Source: Marsupella aquatica
Lineage: Eukaryota > Plantae > Marchantiophyta
NCBI GenBank assembly: GCA_973895155.1
Contig: OZ316893.1
Coordinates: forward strand, 6,209,239-6,273,238
Length of the DNA stretch: 64,000 nt
Reading direction: 5' to 3'
Shown: positions 10,868-22,413 of the stretch, piece by piece
How the letters are laid out: the number at the start of each line of letters is the position of its first letter
Numbering within the stretch: the stretch's first letter is position 1
The notes under the pieces: model-generated
What the model was told of the DNA's origin: nothing
The model's input: only the letters and a program-made list of their open reading frames with translations
The model's database searches: none
Position numbers and translations under genes: made by a program

Positions 10868-13028
10868 CCTCCAGTGAGAGAGAAGGCTGTGGGCTTGCCC
10901 ATTTACCAGGTCCGACACATCCAACCATATTTCTTGACCCAATTGACCTTGCGGATGAAGACTGGAGGTGCCAGTCCACTTGCAGCTCCATTTGTCCTCT
11001 TGGTGGATCCAAAGGAGTGTGCTACTAGGCAAGACTTTGATTTTTCAAGGAAAGCTGATTACCATTATTATGTGATTGGGGGCAACCATTCAGCCTGTGC
11101 CAAAGCAGACCTTGCTCTTCAGTTCCCTAACAACAAGGCATTTCGGAGAGTGCAATCTTGGATATTTGCGGGATTGAGTGTGCAAGAGGCAAGAAACCTG
11201 GCGTGGAGTCACAATATTGATTCTGAATTTCGACAACAGATGACGACAATCCAGAGAGTAAATTATATTCACATGAGATTTGTTGAGAATGGATTGTTGT
11301 CCAACCAGGATTTCAAGAAAGAGTGTGCTACTGAAATCAATCTCAAGGATTGGGGTGTACGAAAGGATGCTGAGGTTCTTAATGCCAATGATAACCTATT
11401 TCAGTTGGCATTCCGACAAGATCCTGTGTGGTCATTTGTGAGGCAGATTTGTGACAAGTGGGAGATGTGTGAGATCAAAGGTCAAAAAGGAGACAAGGGC
11501 AAGAAGAAAGTCTCTAAGTCTGGAGATGCCAAATTGCCTTATGAGGACATGAAATTAACAGAGTGGAGACACATGCAGGCCTTGAAAGATCCTGATATGA
11601 TTTGCCCAGTGTTACAGAGAGTTCTTACTAAAGAACTCTCTTTACAGGAAATGGGTCACGAATTTACTCGACACAAATTTCAGATGCAGGTGCAGAAGGC
11701 CTTCCTCACGTGTCTACACGAGGAGAGTTGGTCAGGTTGTAAAACCAAGTACCCTGAGCATTGCACAGACAATGTGCTTAAGAATTTTGTACCTGTTTTC
11801 CAGACATGGGTAAGATTCTGTCACCTTTCTTCGAATGATTGTTTGAATTCATTTAATATTTGGAATTCTAGAGTTCCTTTTTGTAGAAAGATACCACCTC
11901 CCGGAAAAAGAAGGGAGATGAGGAAGGCAAAGATCTCAAGTCATTCCCGGACAAATTCAATGCGCATATTGTGCAAGACCAAAATTGGCTATCCATGAAG
12001 ACTTCTAGTCGGCAAACCCAAGAGGGGGAACTTCATCCAAATTCGTTTGAGCATCCAGAGTTTGGTGATGTGCACTATGATATTTTTACTCATGATGCTC
12101 AGCGATTACATGAGGTGGTTCCGGGTCGGGCTTACACATTAGCTTTAGTGGATATTCCCTACGGGTTTGCATTGCCTGGATGTCTTCATGAAGACACTAT
12201 TGGATGGGGAACTGAGGAGATCACAAAAATGGTCCAATCGTTCAAGGTGGCTACTACTGCAAAGTTGTGGCGTATTATCATTCACCACAGCCTTGACCAA
12301 TATGAGGCCATCAAGACCGTTTTGAAAGCGGAGTGTAATGGAGGGTTCCAGAATTGTGTGTGGTAAGAAATATTTGTTTTTGAAAAAAACAACTATTAGT
12401 TATTCATGATTTCATGAACCATGTTTCTCAGTTTAAATAACTCCTTGACTTTTTGTGACTTTTTAGGGTTAAGGATAATGTGAAGAATGCTGGTGGACCA
12501 AGATTGAACAACAACTTTGAGTGCTTTACAATTGGCTTTCACAACCAGGATGGTAAACGGTCATTGGAGCACTTCAATTTTGACACAAATGAATCAAGGA
12601 ACAATGTGGTTGTATGCGCAGCTGTGACTAAGAAGCTGAAACACAACGGGGATAACAAGGCAGTGAATGTTTATCAGAAACCATGTGCATTGTTAGATTG
12701 GGAAGTGAGTCATTTTAGTCAGGTTGGAGACTGGGTTTTGGATATTTGTTCAGGATCAAGGACTGGGACAACCTCCTCCTTGGCCATGGGGAGACATTGC
12801 GTTGCCATTGAGATTGACGAGCGACAGAGCAGTGTGTTGAAAGGGAGGATTCTTAACCTTGCAGATAACATTGAAGAGGAAGACGGACAGGGGGAGATGG
12901 ATGAGGAGAGTGAGGAAGACATTCCTCAGGCCGGAGAGGATAGCGTGGTTGACGATGCCACAATTGTTCCAGAATTGACGACAGGGACTTCCGGAACCGA
13001 GGAAGGGGAAGCGGTCCCTTTGGATTAG
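10868..13028 (+). CDS. ParB-like domain + beta-class N4C/N6A DNA methyltransferase, paralog A (5' end cut by LTR insertion); exons 10868-11809, 11887-12362, 12467-13028
   Basis: APFVLLVDP..YYVIGGNHS..LAWSHNID (ParB/Srx-like); LALVDIPYG (motif IV), YQKP (X), DWVLDICSGSRTG (I), AIEID; two GTAAG..TAG introns join the three ORFs in frame. Confidence 0.8.
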
Positions 13029-13349
13029 ACTAGATAAATAGAGGGACTCGTAGCATTTGAAACCACTTGGGATTAAGTTGGATTATATTTTGTAAAACTT
13101 TGAGTTTGACTTAAACTCTGATCGATGAGTTTGATTTTGATTACTTTTATAAAGTGCATATTTCAAGGTTTATACAATTGTGAGAATATCATATAAGATA
13201 TGCTTAGATTTTGGTGGTAAAATTCTCTTGAGTCTAGTTTGGAAAATACATACCATTTTTTGGTGGTTTTTTGGTATACATTTTTTAATATCATGAAGAT
13301 TTTGAAAAGAGAAATAAGGCTTTGGACTCATCCCTTAAGGCTTCTTGTT
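12823..13349 (+). repeat. 527-bp segment duplicated in inverted orientation at 49723-50249
   Basis: Near-identical reverse complement; same peptide SSVLKGRILNLAD..EAVPLD. Confidence 0.95.
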
Positions 13350-15177
13350 GACAATGTTCACAAGAACATCCTCCACCCCAAGCATGCATGCTATCTGAAG
13401 ACCCAAGGGTTTGAGCACCTCGCCTCTCTCCCTTGGAACTCAAGCAGGTACTATGGACAGGTTATGTTGTCACGTCAGCAGCCTTGGCCTTAACTCGGGC
13501 TTCAGCTTTAAACGGGCACTTCCTTCATAAATATGAGGGTTCGGGCAGGGAGGGAAGAGCGTAATGCACCTCATTCACGTAAACTAGCGCTAAGTGCGCC
13601 TACTATTAGATACGGATATCTCCTAGGTATGGTTTGTGTTCCGCCGCCAGAACGTACCTTAGTCGATAACAGGATCGACCCTGGCTTAAGGACTTCTAAG
13701 CCTTTGTGTTGTCCACCTTCAATCCGGATTCTATGATACAGGTCCTCAACCCGTGCTCGCAACCACATACCCGCAAGCTGCACCCCGTGCACAACTCGGG
13801 TAGTGCGTTCGGCCCGACGTTGTCACCTATACACGAGATTCACACACACATACACGCGCACACGCATACAATCTCGATTTACACGAAGGAAATAATAGGA
13901 AAGGATTTTACTACATAGGGGACATGTGCGTACACTTGGTTGACCCGATAGCTCCAGAATGAACAGGTTCAAGGCCGAGAGAGTATACTACAACGGAGCC
14001 CGGCTCCGTACTCGCCCGACGAGCTTAGTTCTACCCCCTCCCCTTGGTACTCTTTCACTCCCAGAGGTCGGGACTCCCCGCACATACCACGGATGTCCAA
14101 CTCTGAGACTAAAAACCCCCCTGCCTCTACCGAGGGGTGCACTAAATACTAAGGGCCGAGGAACGGAGTGTCCTCCCGCCCGAAGATTCGCTGACTTAGG
14201 TCCTAACTAATCTGACTGTCAGGCCAAAAAACGGTTGTGTCTTATTAGAAGATCCTAATCTACGCAGGCTAGACAACATGGTAGTGCTGCTGTAACTAAG
14301 GCAGGTGCTTGTCCCAATAGCCTGACTTAGCTATTCCTAATCCTATTCTATTCCTACTCCGCCGCTAATGCCTGGCACGCTTGCCAGAGCCGCCCGAGTG
14401 GGAGCGGCCATCCCGTTGCTTACGAAGTCTGTCGTTCCGCCTTGAGGAGCTGGACCTGGTCCAGCAGAGATTGGTTCTCTCGCTTCACCGCGTCTGTCTC
14501 CTCCGCTGCCTCCTGGCATGCCTCCTTCAGCTACTGGGCGTCGCTCGTCAGCTTGCCCGCTAACTGGTCCTGCTTCTCGGCCTCGGTTTGGAGTCGCGCC
14601 ACTTTGGCCTGTAGCATGGCTATCTCCGCAGTGTCCCGCTGGGCCCGTTCGTCGACCTCCTCCAGGTCCTTCTGCCAGATGACAGTTTGATTCTTCAAAC
14701 TGTCAATCTGGTTCCGGAGTCGTGCAATCTCGGCCTCGTTCCCAACTTTGGCCTGTTCGGCTAGGGCGGTAAGAGCGTACGCCTTTGCTAACAACTCGTC
14801 GGCGGCTGCAACTTTGGGTCATAGTTGCAGAAGCTCAGCCTCTTGAGCCGCAACTTCGTTCTTTAAGTATACGGACTCCACCCGGTACCGCTCTATCCTC
14901 TGAAGGGCCTCTCACTGGGCCCGACCTGCCTTGACTGCGGCAACTGACTCCTGATTGAAGAAACAGGCTACCTTCCGGGCCATGAACTCCCCGATATCCC
15001 GGGCAATTTGATGAGAGAAATCTCCCAGAAGCCCGTTTAGAAATGTACCCGGTACGAAGAGTTCCGGGTGGTCCAGGTTGTGCCTATCCGGAGTTGGGCA
15101 CGGGCAGACGTCAACATGCGCGGGGGCCGGGGCAGTGACATCCAGCCCTAGGGACGTAATGTTGGAAGGGGTTGGAG

Positions 15178-15598
15178 TGTTGGGTATTTACTCTTACGTC
15201 TAGGTTAGGTATGACGTGGTTGGTACAACAACGTGGGTTGGTACAACTACGTGGTTAGGTACAACTACGTGATTAGGTACAACTATGTGGTCAGGTACAA
15301 CTACGTGATTAGGTACAACTATGTGGTTAGGTACAACTAAGTTGCACACTATATCATAAGAGGCATGTGTGCTTGGAGAGGTAGAACCAAGGCTCATTGT
15401 TATGGAGCCACTTGAGAGATAGGGAGAGCTTACACTGTGGAGACTCGGTATAGCCGACGGGCTTAGAGTTCAGTAAAGCTCTCTTGTGTGTTCCCGTGGA
15501 CGTAGCCTCAAGGAGGTGAACCACGTATCTCTTGTGTCGACTATTGTGCGTTGGATGGTTCATGGGCTTGCCGTTGCGATCGTCGTCTATGCTCAACA
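15178..15598 (+). repeat. Copia 5' LTR (421 bp) with 18-bp minisatellite
   Basis: TGTTGGG...CTCAACA; GGTACAACTACGTGGTTA-type units. Confidence 0.95.
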
Positions 15599-15600
15599 AT

Positions 15601-15612
15601 TGGTATCAGAGC
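15601..15612 (+). promoter_or_regulatory. PBS for initiator tRNA-Met
   Basis: TGGTATCAGAGC 2 nt after the LTR. Confidence 0.95.
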
Positions 15613-16929
15613 ATGCTTGGGAGGTGACGTGTGTTCGTGACGGGATTTCATGACGGTTTTTCCAGCGTTGAGTGTTGGTGGATTTTCCAGAGTTCCATCG
15701 CATGGAACTTGGAGTTTATGGGCTCAACGGATAGATCAGGGCAAGAGCTTTCTAACGGTGTGAAGAAATCGTTGAACGGAGCTCGTGGTGCAGAGAGATC
15801 TAAGTTTTCGTCATTCTGGATTTTGTGAAGAAAGTTGGCAATCGACTCGGAGGGAGAAGCGTCAAGTGTTTTGACTCAACGGAGAGATTGAGGCAAGACG
15901 ATTGTTTTTGAGTCCGGGATTGGCTCTTTGATGCAAAGAGGAAGGCTAAGCAAAATCAATTACCTTGTTGGACTTGGTGACGGCACCAAGTGCAATTGAT
16001 CAACATTCGTTGTTGACAAGGTACCATTTTTTTCTCTTTGAAAAACTGATTCGAAATTGGCTATGGCAATTGAGAGAAATCTGTCATCTTTACCAATTTT
16101 TTTCTCCCTCGTTCTTTCCTCGTTTTGGGTGCTTCTTATATCGATCTTCATCGCCTCGGAGTCTAGTTTCCAAATCTGAAATCGGATCTTGATTTCGTCA
16201 AAACCCGAGTGAGATATCTTGCGTTTGGTGTCGAGGGGTACATTCTGCCGTGTGTATTTTCTGCGCGCGCGACCAGATTTCGACGACGAAGGGTGGTAGG
16301 GGGTTTTGGGGGTTCGAGGACACATGTCAGCCCCTCGATTGTTCTTCCAAAATTCCCACAGGGCCTGTACAAGGGTCATAGAATATTCCAAAAAACTAGA
16401 GAGCTATTTTTTGACCGTCCGACAAAGATTTCATCCGCCGAACGGTAACTTTTTTGGTTATTTTTCGGCGAGGTCGTAGCCATTGAAGTTGGCAATGCAG
16501 CGCACCAATCACATCGCAATTCCGACAACGGGTTGTACTTGGTATTTCGGTTATTCCCTGAGGTGGTCAAAACGGGGGAGTTTCCCAAGGTTTTACCCAC
16601 CTCGACCGAAATTTGAATAACTTTTCCGTCAAATTTCGATTTTGATTTTGGTTTTCAGTATTGGACTCCTAGCTTTGTGGGCTACGCGGCGGTGTTGAGT
16701 TTCGAGTTTTTTGAGAAGTTGTGAAAAACAACATTTTTTGTGACTTTCTCATATGAGTGATTCGGAGGAGTTTTTCGAAGACGTGGAACTTGAAGCACGA
16801 GGATCACCGCGGAGGTTTCAGGGGCAGAGAGAGGAGTAGGAGGAAGAGCACGTGACACCGATACCATCACCGGTGCGGCGTGTGGTGGAGGAAGCAGTAC
16901 TACTACCGGAGCTCACGGTAAAGAAGAAG

Positions 16930-17787
16930 ATGGGGACTTTCAAGCTTGGGGGACCCAAGTATGAAGTGACAAAGTATGATGGGCGCTCTGACTACTTGCT
17001 ATGGGAGAAGCAGGTGAAGGGAGTGCTTTATGCGTCAGGGATGGGCCAACTGCTGAGCCCTCGTGAAGACGATGTTGATGAGAAACAATGGGACCGCATG
17101 CAGGAGCAGGGAGTGTGGTGTGTTACACTCTATCTCATGCCTCCCATCATCAAGCAGTTAGGTGCACATAAGGATTGCATGTCCTTGTTTGCGGAATTAC
17201 AGAGCAAGTATCACCGCAAGGAGTTGTCGAACCGGCTCTACACTTCCTACAAACTGATGAGTTTCAGGATGAAGGAATCTGGTACGAAGTTGCAAGACCA
17301 TGTGGATGCTTTCAACGACATGGTCGTTGACTTGGAAAACCTTGGGGAGACTTTGAATGATGAGACGAAGGCTCTGCAGCTTCTTAGTTCATTGCCTCCA
17401 TCTTACCAGTCCCTATCACGAGTGTTGTTGCATCGTGATAGGGATACCATTTCATACAATGACGTGGTAAGTTCTCTGCTTAGTGATGATCTTCAGCAGA
17501 AGATGCACATCACGTCACAGCCTTCATCATCTGGTGCTGCCCTCAATGTTAACCGTGGGAGGAGTATGCAGCGACCAACTGGGGACCGTAGAACCCAGTT
17601 TAGATCTAAATCCAGATCTAAGTCCAAGGGTAAATCCCCTCAGAGGAGGCAGGTGACATGTTGGAAGTGCAACCAAGTTGGACACTTCAAGCGAGACTGT
17701 AAGGGAAAGGCAGCGGAAACTTCATCGGCAAATGTGGCTAGGGCTGATGGAGAAGCTGATTTACTCAATGATGAGTATGTTTTATGA
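16930..17787 (+). CDS. gag: Copia gag
   Basis: KYDGRSDYLLW, LLSSLPPSY, CWKCNQVGHFKRDC; ends in TGA in frame with pol. Confidence 0.93.
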   Translation: MGTFKLGGPKYEVTKYDGRSDYLLWEKQVKGVLYASGMGQLLSPREDDVDEKQWDRMQEQGVWCVTLYLMPPIIKQLGAHKDCMSLFAELQSKYHRKELSNRLYTSYKLMSFRMKESGTKLQDHVDAFNDMVVDLENLGETLNDETKALQLLSSLPPSYQSLSRVLLHRDRDTISYNDVVSSLLSDDLQQKMHITSQPSSSGAALNVNRGRSMQRPTGDRRTQFRSKSRSKSKGKSPQRRQVTCWKCNQVGHFKRDCKGKAAETSSANVARADGEADLLNDEYVL

Positions 17788-17832
17788 AGCCGGGGGTATG
17801 CCCTGTGCACGTCATCTAGGAGAGCAGATGAT

Positions 17833-20800
17833 GTGTGGATTCTTGATTGTGCTTGCTCTTTTCATATTTGTTACATTCGTGAGTTTTTCAGTTCTTACTC
17901 TGTTTCAAACGGTTCAGTTCTGATGGGAAATGATCACTCCTGTCAAATTGAGGGAATTGGGTCTGTGAAGATTCAAATGTTTGATGGCGCTGTGCGCACA
18001 GTGTCCGGAGTCAGGTATGTACCTGGCATGCGTAAGAATCTGATTTCACTCGGTGTGTTGGATTCAAATGGTCATCAATGGAGCGTTATTGATGGTGAAC
18101 TTCAAGTCAGGTCGGGAGAGACAGTGATTTTGAAGGGGAGTAGACAAAAGAATTTGTATGTGTTACAGGGCAATACTGTATGTGGAGAGGCCAATGTAAC
18201 CAAGTCTCACGAGGAGATGACTCAACTGTGGCATTCACGGCTAGGCCACATGAGTGAGAAGGGTTTGGCTATCTTACGGAAGAATGGACTCATTTCTGAT
18301 TTGCAATCTTGTAAATTAGAGTTTTGTGAGCATTGCATTCTTGGAAAGCAGCATCGTCGTGCTTTTGGTGTTGGAACTCATCGTTCCAAAGCGGTTCTTG
18401 AGTACATACATAGTGACGTGTGGGGTCCATCCCCGACTCCCTCACACTCTGGAAAGTTGTACTATGTATCATTTATTGATGATTACTCAAGATTTGTGTG
18501 GATTTATTTCATGACGCATAAGTCTGATGTCTTGTCCATTTTTAAGAAGTGGAAGGCCCAGGTGGAGAATCAGACTGGAAACACGATCAAGTGTTTGGAT
18601 ACAAGGGTGAAGAGTCTGAGGTCAGACAATGGCGGGGAGTACACTTCAATGGAATTTGAAGAGTACTGTTCAGAACAGGGGATAACTCGCCATCTCACCA
18701 CAGTTTATACTCCGCAGCAGAATGGTGTCGCTGAGAGGCTCAATCGGACATTGTTGGAGCGATCACGGAGTATGTTGAGCCAATCAGGTTTACCACAAGA
18801 ATTTTGGGCAGAAGCTGTCAATACCGCAGCTTATTTGGTAAATCTTTCTCCTTCTAGTGCTATCAATTTCAAAACGCCGTTTGAGATGCGCTATAAGCGG
18901 CAAGCAGACTATCATGGCTTGGTAATTTTTGGAAGTGATGCATATGCTCTCACACCAAAGCAGAATAGGACCAAGTTGGATCCTACCTCCAGGAAATGTG
19001 TTTTTCTTGGGTACCAGAGTGGTGTGAAAGCCTATAGGCTATGGGATCCTATTGCCTATAAGCTCGTTGTCAGTAGGGATGTTTCCTTCAATGAATCCAG
19101 ATTATTGAAGGAGGGGGAGAATACTCAGGTCTCCCGTACTGACAAAGGAAAATCTCCTATCCCGGATCTCGTTGAGGGGGAGATTGGTTATGAGGTGCAT
19201 GACCGGAGAGAAGGAGTTGCTCCAATTATGGAGCTGGTTCCTGTGCCAGAGGAACCAGAGGAGTTTGTTGATGCTGGTGAGCAACAAATGGATGCTGTTG
19301 AGCTTCAAATTGTACCAGCACACGCAGATCAACCGGAGTCATCGGCTAGAAGAACATCTGGTCGCACTGTACGCGCTCCATCAAGGTATGGACAGTGGGT
19401 TGATTCATCTCAACTGCAAGAGGATGATTTTACAGCTGATGATGAGGGTGATGCGTTAATTTTGGAAGAAGGAGAACCTTCTTCATTTCATGAGGCAAGT
19501 GCTTCAAAAGAGAAGCAAAAGTGGACTGCAGCAATGCAAACGGAGATGCAGTCACTAAAGGACAACAAAACTTGGGAGCTTGTTAAGCTGCCTAAGGGTC
19601 AGCAAGTGGTGGACAGCAAGTGGATTTACAAGCTGAAGGATAATTCCATAGGAGGTGGATCGAAGGTCTACAAGGCTAGATTGGTAGCAAAGGGATTCAC
19701 ACAAGAGAAAGGTGTGGATTACAATGAGGTCTTCTCACCAGTTGCTAAGTACTCTACAATACGACTATTGTGTGTACTTGTTGTAATGTTTGGTCTGCTC
19801 CTAGATCAGATGGATGTTGTCACAGCTTTCCTCTATGGCACATTGGAAGAGGTGATCTTCATGAGACAACCGCTAGGTTTTGTGAAGAGAGGACAGGAGG
19901 AATTGGTTTGCAGATTGCTGAAATCCTTGTATGGGTTGAAGCAGTCACCAAGACAGTGGAACAAGCGGTTTGACGATTGGATTCGGTCACAAGGTTTTCA
20001 CAGAAGTGTATTTGACCCTTGTGTGTATTTGAAACCGGTGAAGAATGTTGTCTTTGGGTTCATTGTTTTAGTACTTTATGTGGATGACATGCTAATTGCA
20101 GCCAAGGATAGGTCTGAGATTGTTAAGCTCAAGGCACTGCTTAGTGCAGAGTTTAAGATGAAGGACTTAGGGCCAGCTAAGAGGATTTTGGGTATGGAGA
20201 TCACTAGGGACTTGGAGGCTGGCAAGCTATGGTTGACGCAGAGCAGTTATGCGAGGAAGGTAATTGCAAGGTTCAACATGGAGAATAGCAAGCCAGTAAG
20301 TACCCCGTTGGCTCCACACTTCAAGTTATCATCAGCGTTCTGTCCTACGGATGACACAGAGAAGGGGTTGATGTCAAAGGTTCCATATGACAAGGTAGTG
20401 GGGAGTCTCATGTATTTGATGACTTGCACTAGACCTGATCTTGCCATGGCTATGGGCAAGGTGAGCAGGTACATGTCGAATCCAGGGAAGGTACACTGGG
20501 AAGCAGTGAAGTGGATTATCAGGTACTTGAAGGGTACCGTGGATCATGGTCTTTTATTTGATGCGAATGCAAAGAATGCTAGATCATTGATTGGCTATGT
20601 AGATTCTGACTATGGACAAGATTTGGACCGAAGGAGATCAACAACAGGATACGTGTTCACACTTGGCGGTGGATGCATAAGTTGGAGGTCTACTTTGCAG
20701 AAGTGTATTGCTCAGTCTACTACAGAAGCGGAGTATGTTGCAGCTGCGGAAGCAGCAAAGGAAGCGATTTGGTTGGATAGACTTATCACTGAAATGGGAT

Positions 20801-21060
20801 TGCCACAGGGGAATGTGAAGCTCCATTGTGATAGTCAAAGTGCGCTCCACCTTGCTGTGAACCAGGTGATGGACAGCAGAGTGAAGCACATTGACGTCAG
20901 GTACCATTTTATCAGGCAGGCTGTGTCTGATAATTTGTTTGAGCTAGTCAAGATTGATGGTAAACTCAACCCGGCTGACGCATTTACCAAAGTGATTCCT
21001 TTGGAGAGTTTCTCTAGACACCGTGACGTATTGCAGGTTTTGCAATTGCATCACAAGTAG
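17833..21060 (+). CDS. pol: Copia pol (PR, IN, RT, RNase H)
   Basis: WILDCACSFH; WHSRLGH..CEHC; SDVWG, SDNGGE, QQNGVAER; KARLVAKG, LYGLKQ, YVDDML; HIDVRYH, ADAFTK. Confidence 0.97.
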   Translation: MWILDCACSFHICYIREFFSSYSVSNGSVLMGNDHSCQIEGIGSVKIQMFDGAVRTVSGVRYVPGMRKNLISLGVLDSNGHQWSVIDGELQVRSGETVILKGSRQKNLYVLQGNTVCGEANVTKSHEEMTQLWHSRLGHMSEKGLAILRKNGLISDLQSCKLEFCEHCILGKQHRRAFGVGTHRSKAVLEYIHSDVWGPSPTPSHSGKLYYVSFIDDYSRFVWIYFMTHKSDVLSIFKKWKAQVENQTGNTIKCLDTRVKSLRSDNGGEYTSMEFEEYCSEQGITRHLTTVYTPQQNGVAERLNRTLLERSRSMLSQSGLPQEFWAEAVNTAAYLVNLSPSSAINFKTPFEMRYKRQADYHGLVIFGSDAYALTPKQNRTKLDPTSRKCVFLGYQSGVKAYRLWDPIAYKLVVSRDVSFNESRLLKEGENTQVSRTDKGKSPIPDLVEGEIGYEVHDRREGVAPIMELVPVPEEPEEFVDAGEQQMDAVELQIVPAHADQPESSARRTSGRTVRAPSRYGQWVDSSQLQEDDFTADDEGDALILEEGEPSSFHEASASKEKQKWTAAMQTEMQSLKDNKTWELVKLPKGQQVVDSKWIYKLKDNSIGGGSKVYKARLVAKGFTQEKGVDYNEVFSPVAKYSTIRLLCVLVVMFGLLLDQMDVVTAFLYGTLEEVIFMRQPLGFVKRGQEELVCRLLKSLYGLKQSPRQWNKRFDDWIRSQGFHRSVFDPCVYLKPVKNVVFGFIVLVLYVDDMLIAAKDRSEIVKLKALLSAEFKMKDLGPAKRILGMEITRDLEAGKLWLTQSSYARKVIARFNMENSKPVSTPLAPHFKLSSAFCPTDDTEKGLMSKVPYDKVVGSLMYLMTCTRPDLAMAMGKVSRYMSNPGKVHWEAVKWIIRYLKGTVDHGLLFDANAKNARSLIGYVDSDYGQDLDRRRSTTGYVFTLGGGCISWRSTLQKCIAQSTTEAEYVAAAEAAKEAIWLDRLITEMGLPQGNVKLHCDSQSALHLAVNQVMDSRVKHIDVRYHFIRQAVSDNLFELVKIDGKLNPADAFTKVIPLESFSRHRDVLQVLQLHHK

Positions 21061-21251
21061 AGTTTTCTTAAACATTCATTGTAATTACTGATATATGCTC
21101 TTCCTCATTCCTATGTATTAGGCTACGGCTTAGTTCTGGTTTGCTCTAGTTAGAGAGGGAAACCGGTTTGGTTTCTGTCCAGAACTTCCCGCTGAGGGAT
21201 CATATACATTGGCAGTATTACTCTCCCCTAGACCAGAGTCAAGGGGAAGAT

Positions 21252-21708
21252 TGTTGGGTATTTACTCTTACGTCTAGGTTAGGTATGACGTGGTTGGTAC
21301 AACAACGTGGGTTGGTACAACTACGTGGTTAGGTACAACTACGTGATTAGGTACAACTATGTGGTCAGGTACAACTACGTGATTAGGTACAACTATGTGG
21401 TTAGGTACAACTACGTGATTAGGTACAACTATGTGGTTAGGTACAACTAAGTTGCACACTATATCATAAGAGGCATGTGTGCTTGGAGAGGTAGAACCAA
21501 GGCTCATTGTTATGGAGCCACTTGAGAGATAGGGAGAGCTTACACTGTGGAGACTCGGTATAGCCGACGGGCTTAGAGTTCAGTAAAGCTCTCTTGTGTG
21601 TTCCCGTGGACGTAGCCTCAAGGAGGTGAACCACGTATCTCTTGTGTCGACTATTGTGCGTTGGATGGTTCATGGGCTTGCCGTTGCGATCGTCGTCTAT
21701 GCTCAACA
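21252..21708 (+). repeat. Copia 3' LTR (457 bp)
   Basis: Matches the 5' LTR except for two extra 18-bp units. Confidence 0.95.
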
Positions 21709-22413
21709 TGGAGTGTCCTCCTGCAGCAATGTCCGGTTCTCCGGAATAGCCACCGGTGGGTCTTTGGGAGACCCGGGCTCGAGTAAGACCTCCGCTGTAC
21801 CGACTTCTATACTTAGCCCGGCCTGTTGGATCGCATCTATGGTTGCGATAACCGACCCATCCGGTACCTCCTCGGTTACGACTACAGCTACTTGTGGGGG
21901 TGGGGTGGGTGAAGCTTGCGTGTCCGCTGGACTTCGGGCCTTGGGTTGGGGCCGTCTCTCCAAGGCCGGTGTCCGGGTGACCATGTTTTCTGGCAAGAGC
22001 ATGTTGGCTCTTTTGAAGTTAACCTTGCATGCTCATAAGTTCTACACTAAAATCAAAATGATAATTCTAGTAACAAGGGTAGTAGGTATTAAGAAAGGTT
22101 CAGGTGAAACTAAAATACTGTTAAACCCTACTTCACCATATCTGCGGACCAACACATCACGAAAATTAGTTTTCTTACAACATATGATCCTAATATCTCC
22201 AAGAGAAAATGAAACAGGAATATCATCCGGATTCCTATTCAGATCCATGACTTCAATAAAGGACAAAGATGATGCACTCCCACTCCTCTCGGTACGACAC
22301 CACTGGGTATATTATTGACTCATTAGAAACCATAACAGCAGTTGCAAACTGAGCTCCAAAATGATAGGTTAGATGTTGCCTCATAGATGGTTTGTCTAAA
22401 AGATGGACTCTAA

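Larger units (their letters stand above)
15178..21708 (+). mobile_element. Ty1/Copia (Tnt1-like) LTR retrotransposon, full length and recent
   Basis: TG..CA LTRs 15178-15598 and 21252-21708; TSD TGGAG; PBS TGGTATCAGAGC; PPT AAGGGGAAGA. Confidence 0.97.

Noticed and set aside
15215-15340. CRISPR-like array (also 24362-24595, 42720-42912, 46728-46885)
   Set aside because: Contiguous tandem units without unique spacers; no cas genes
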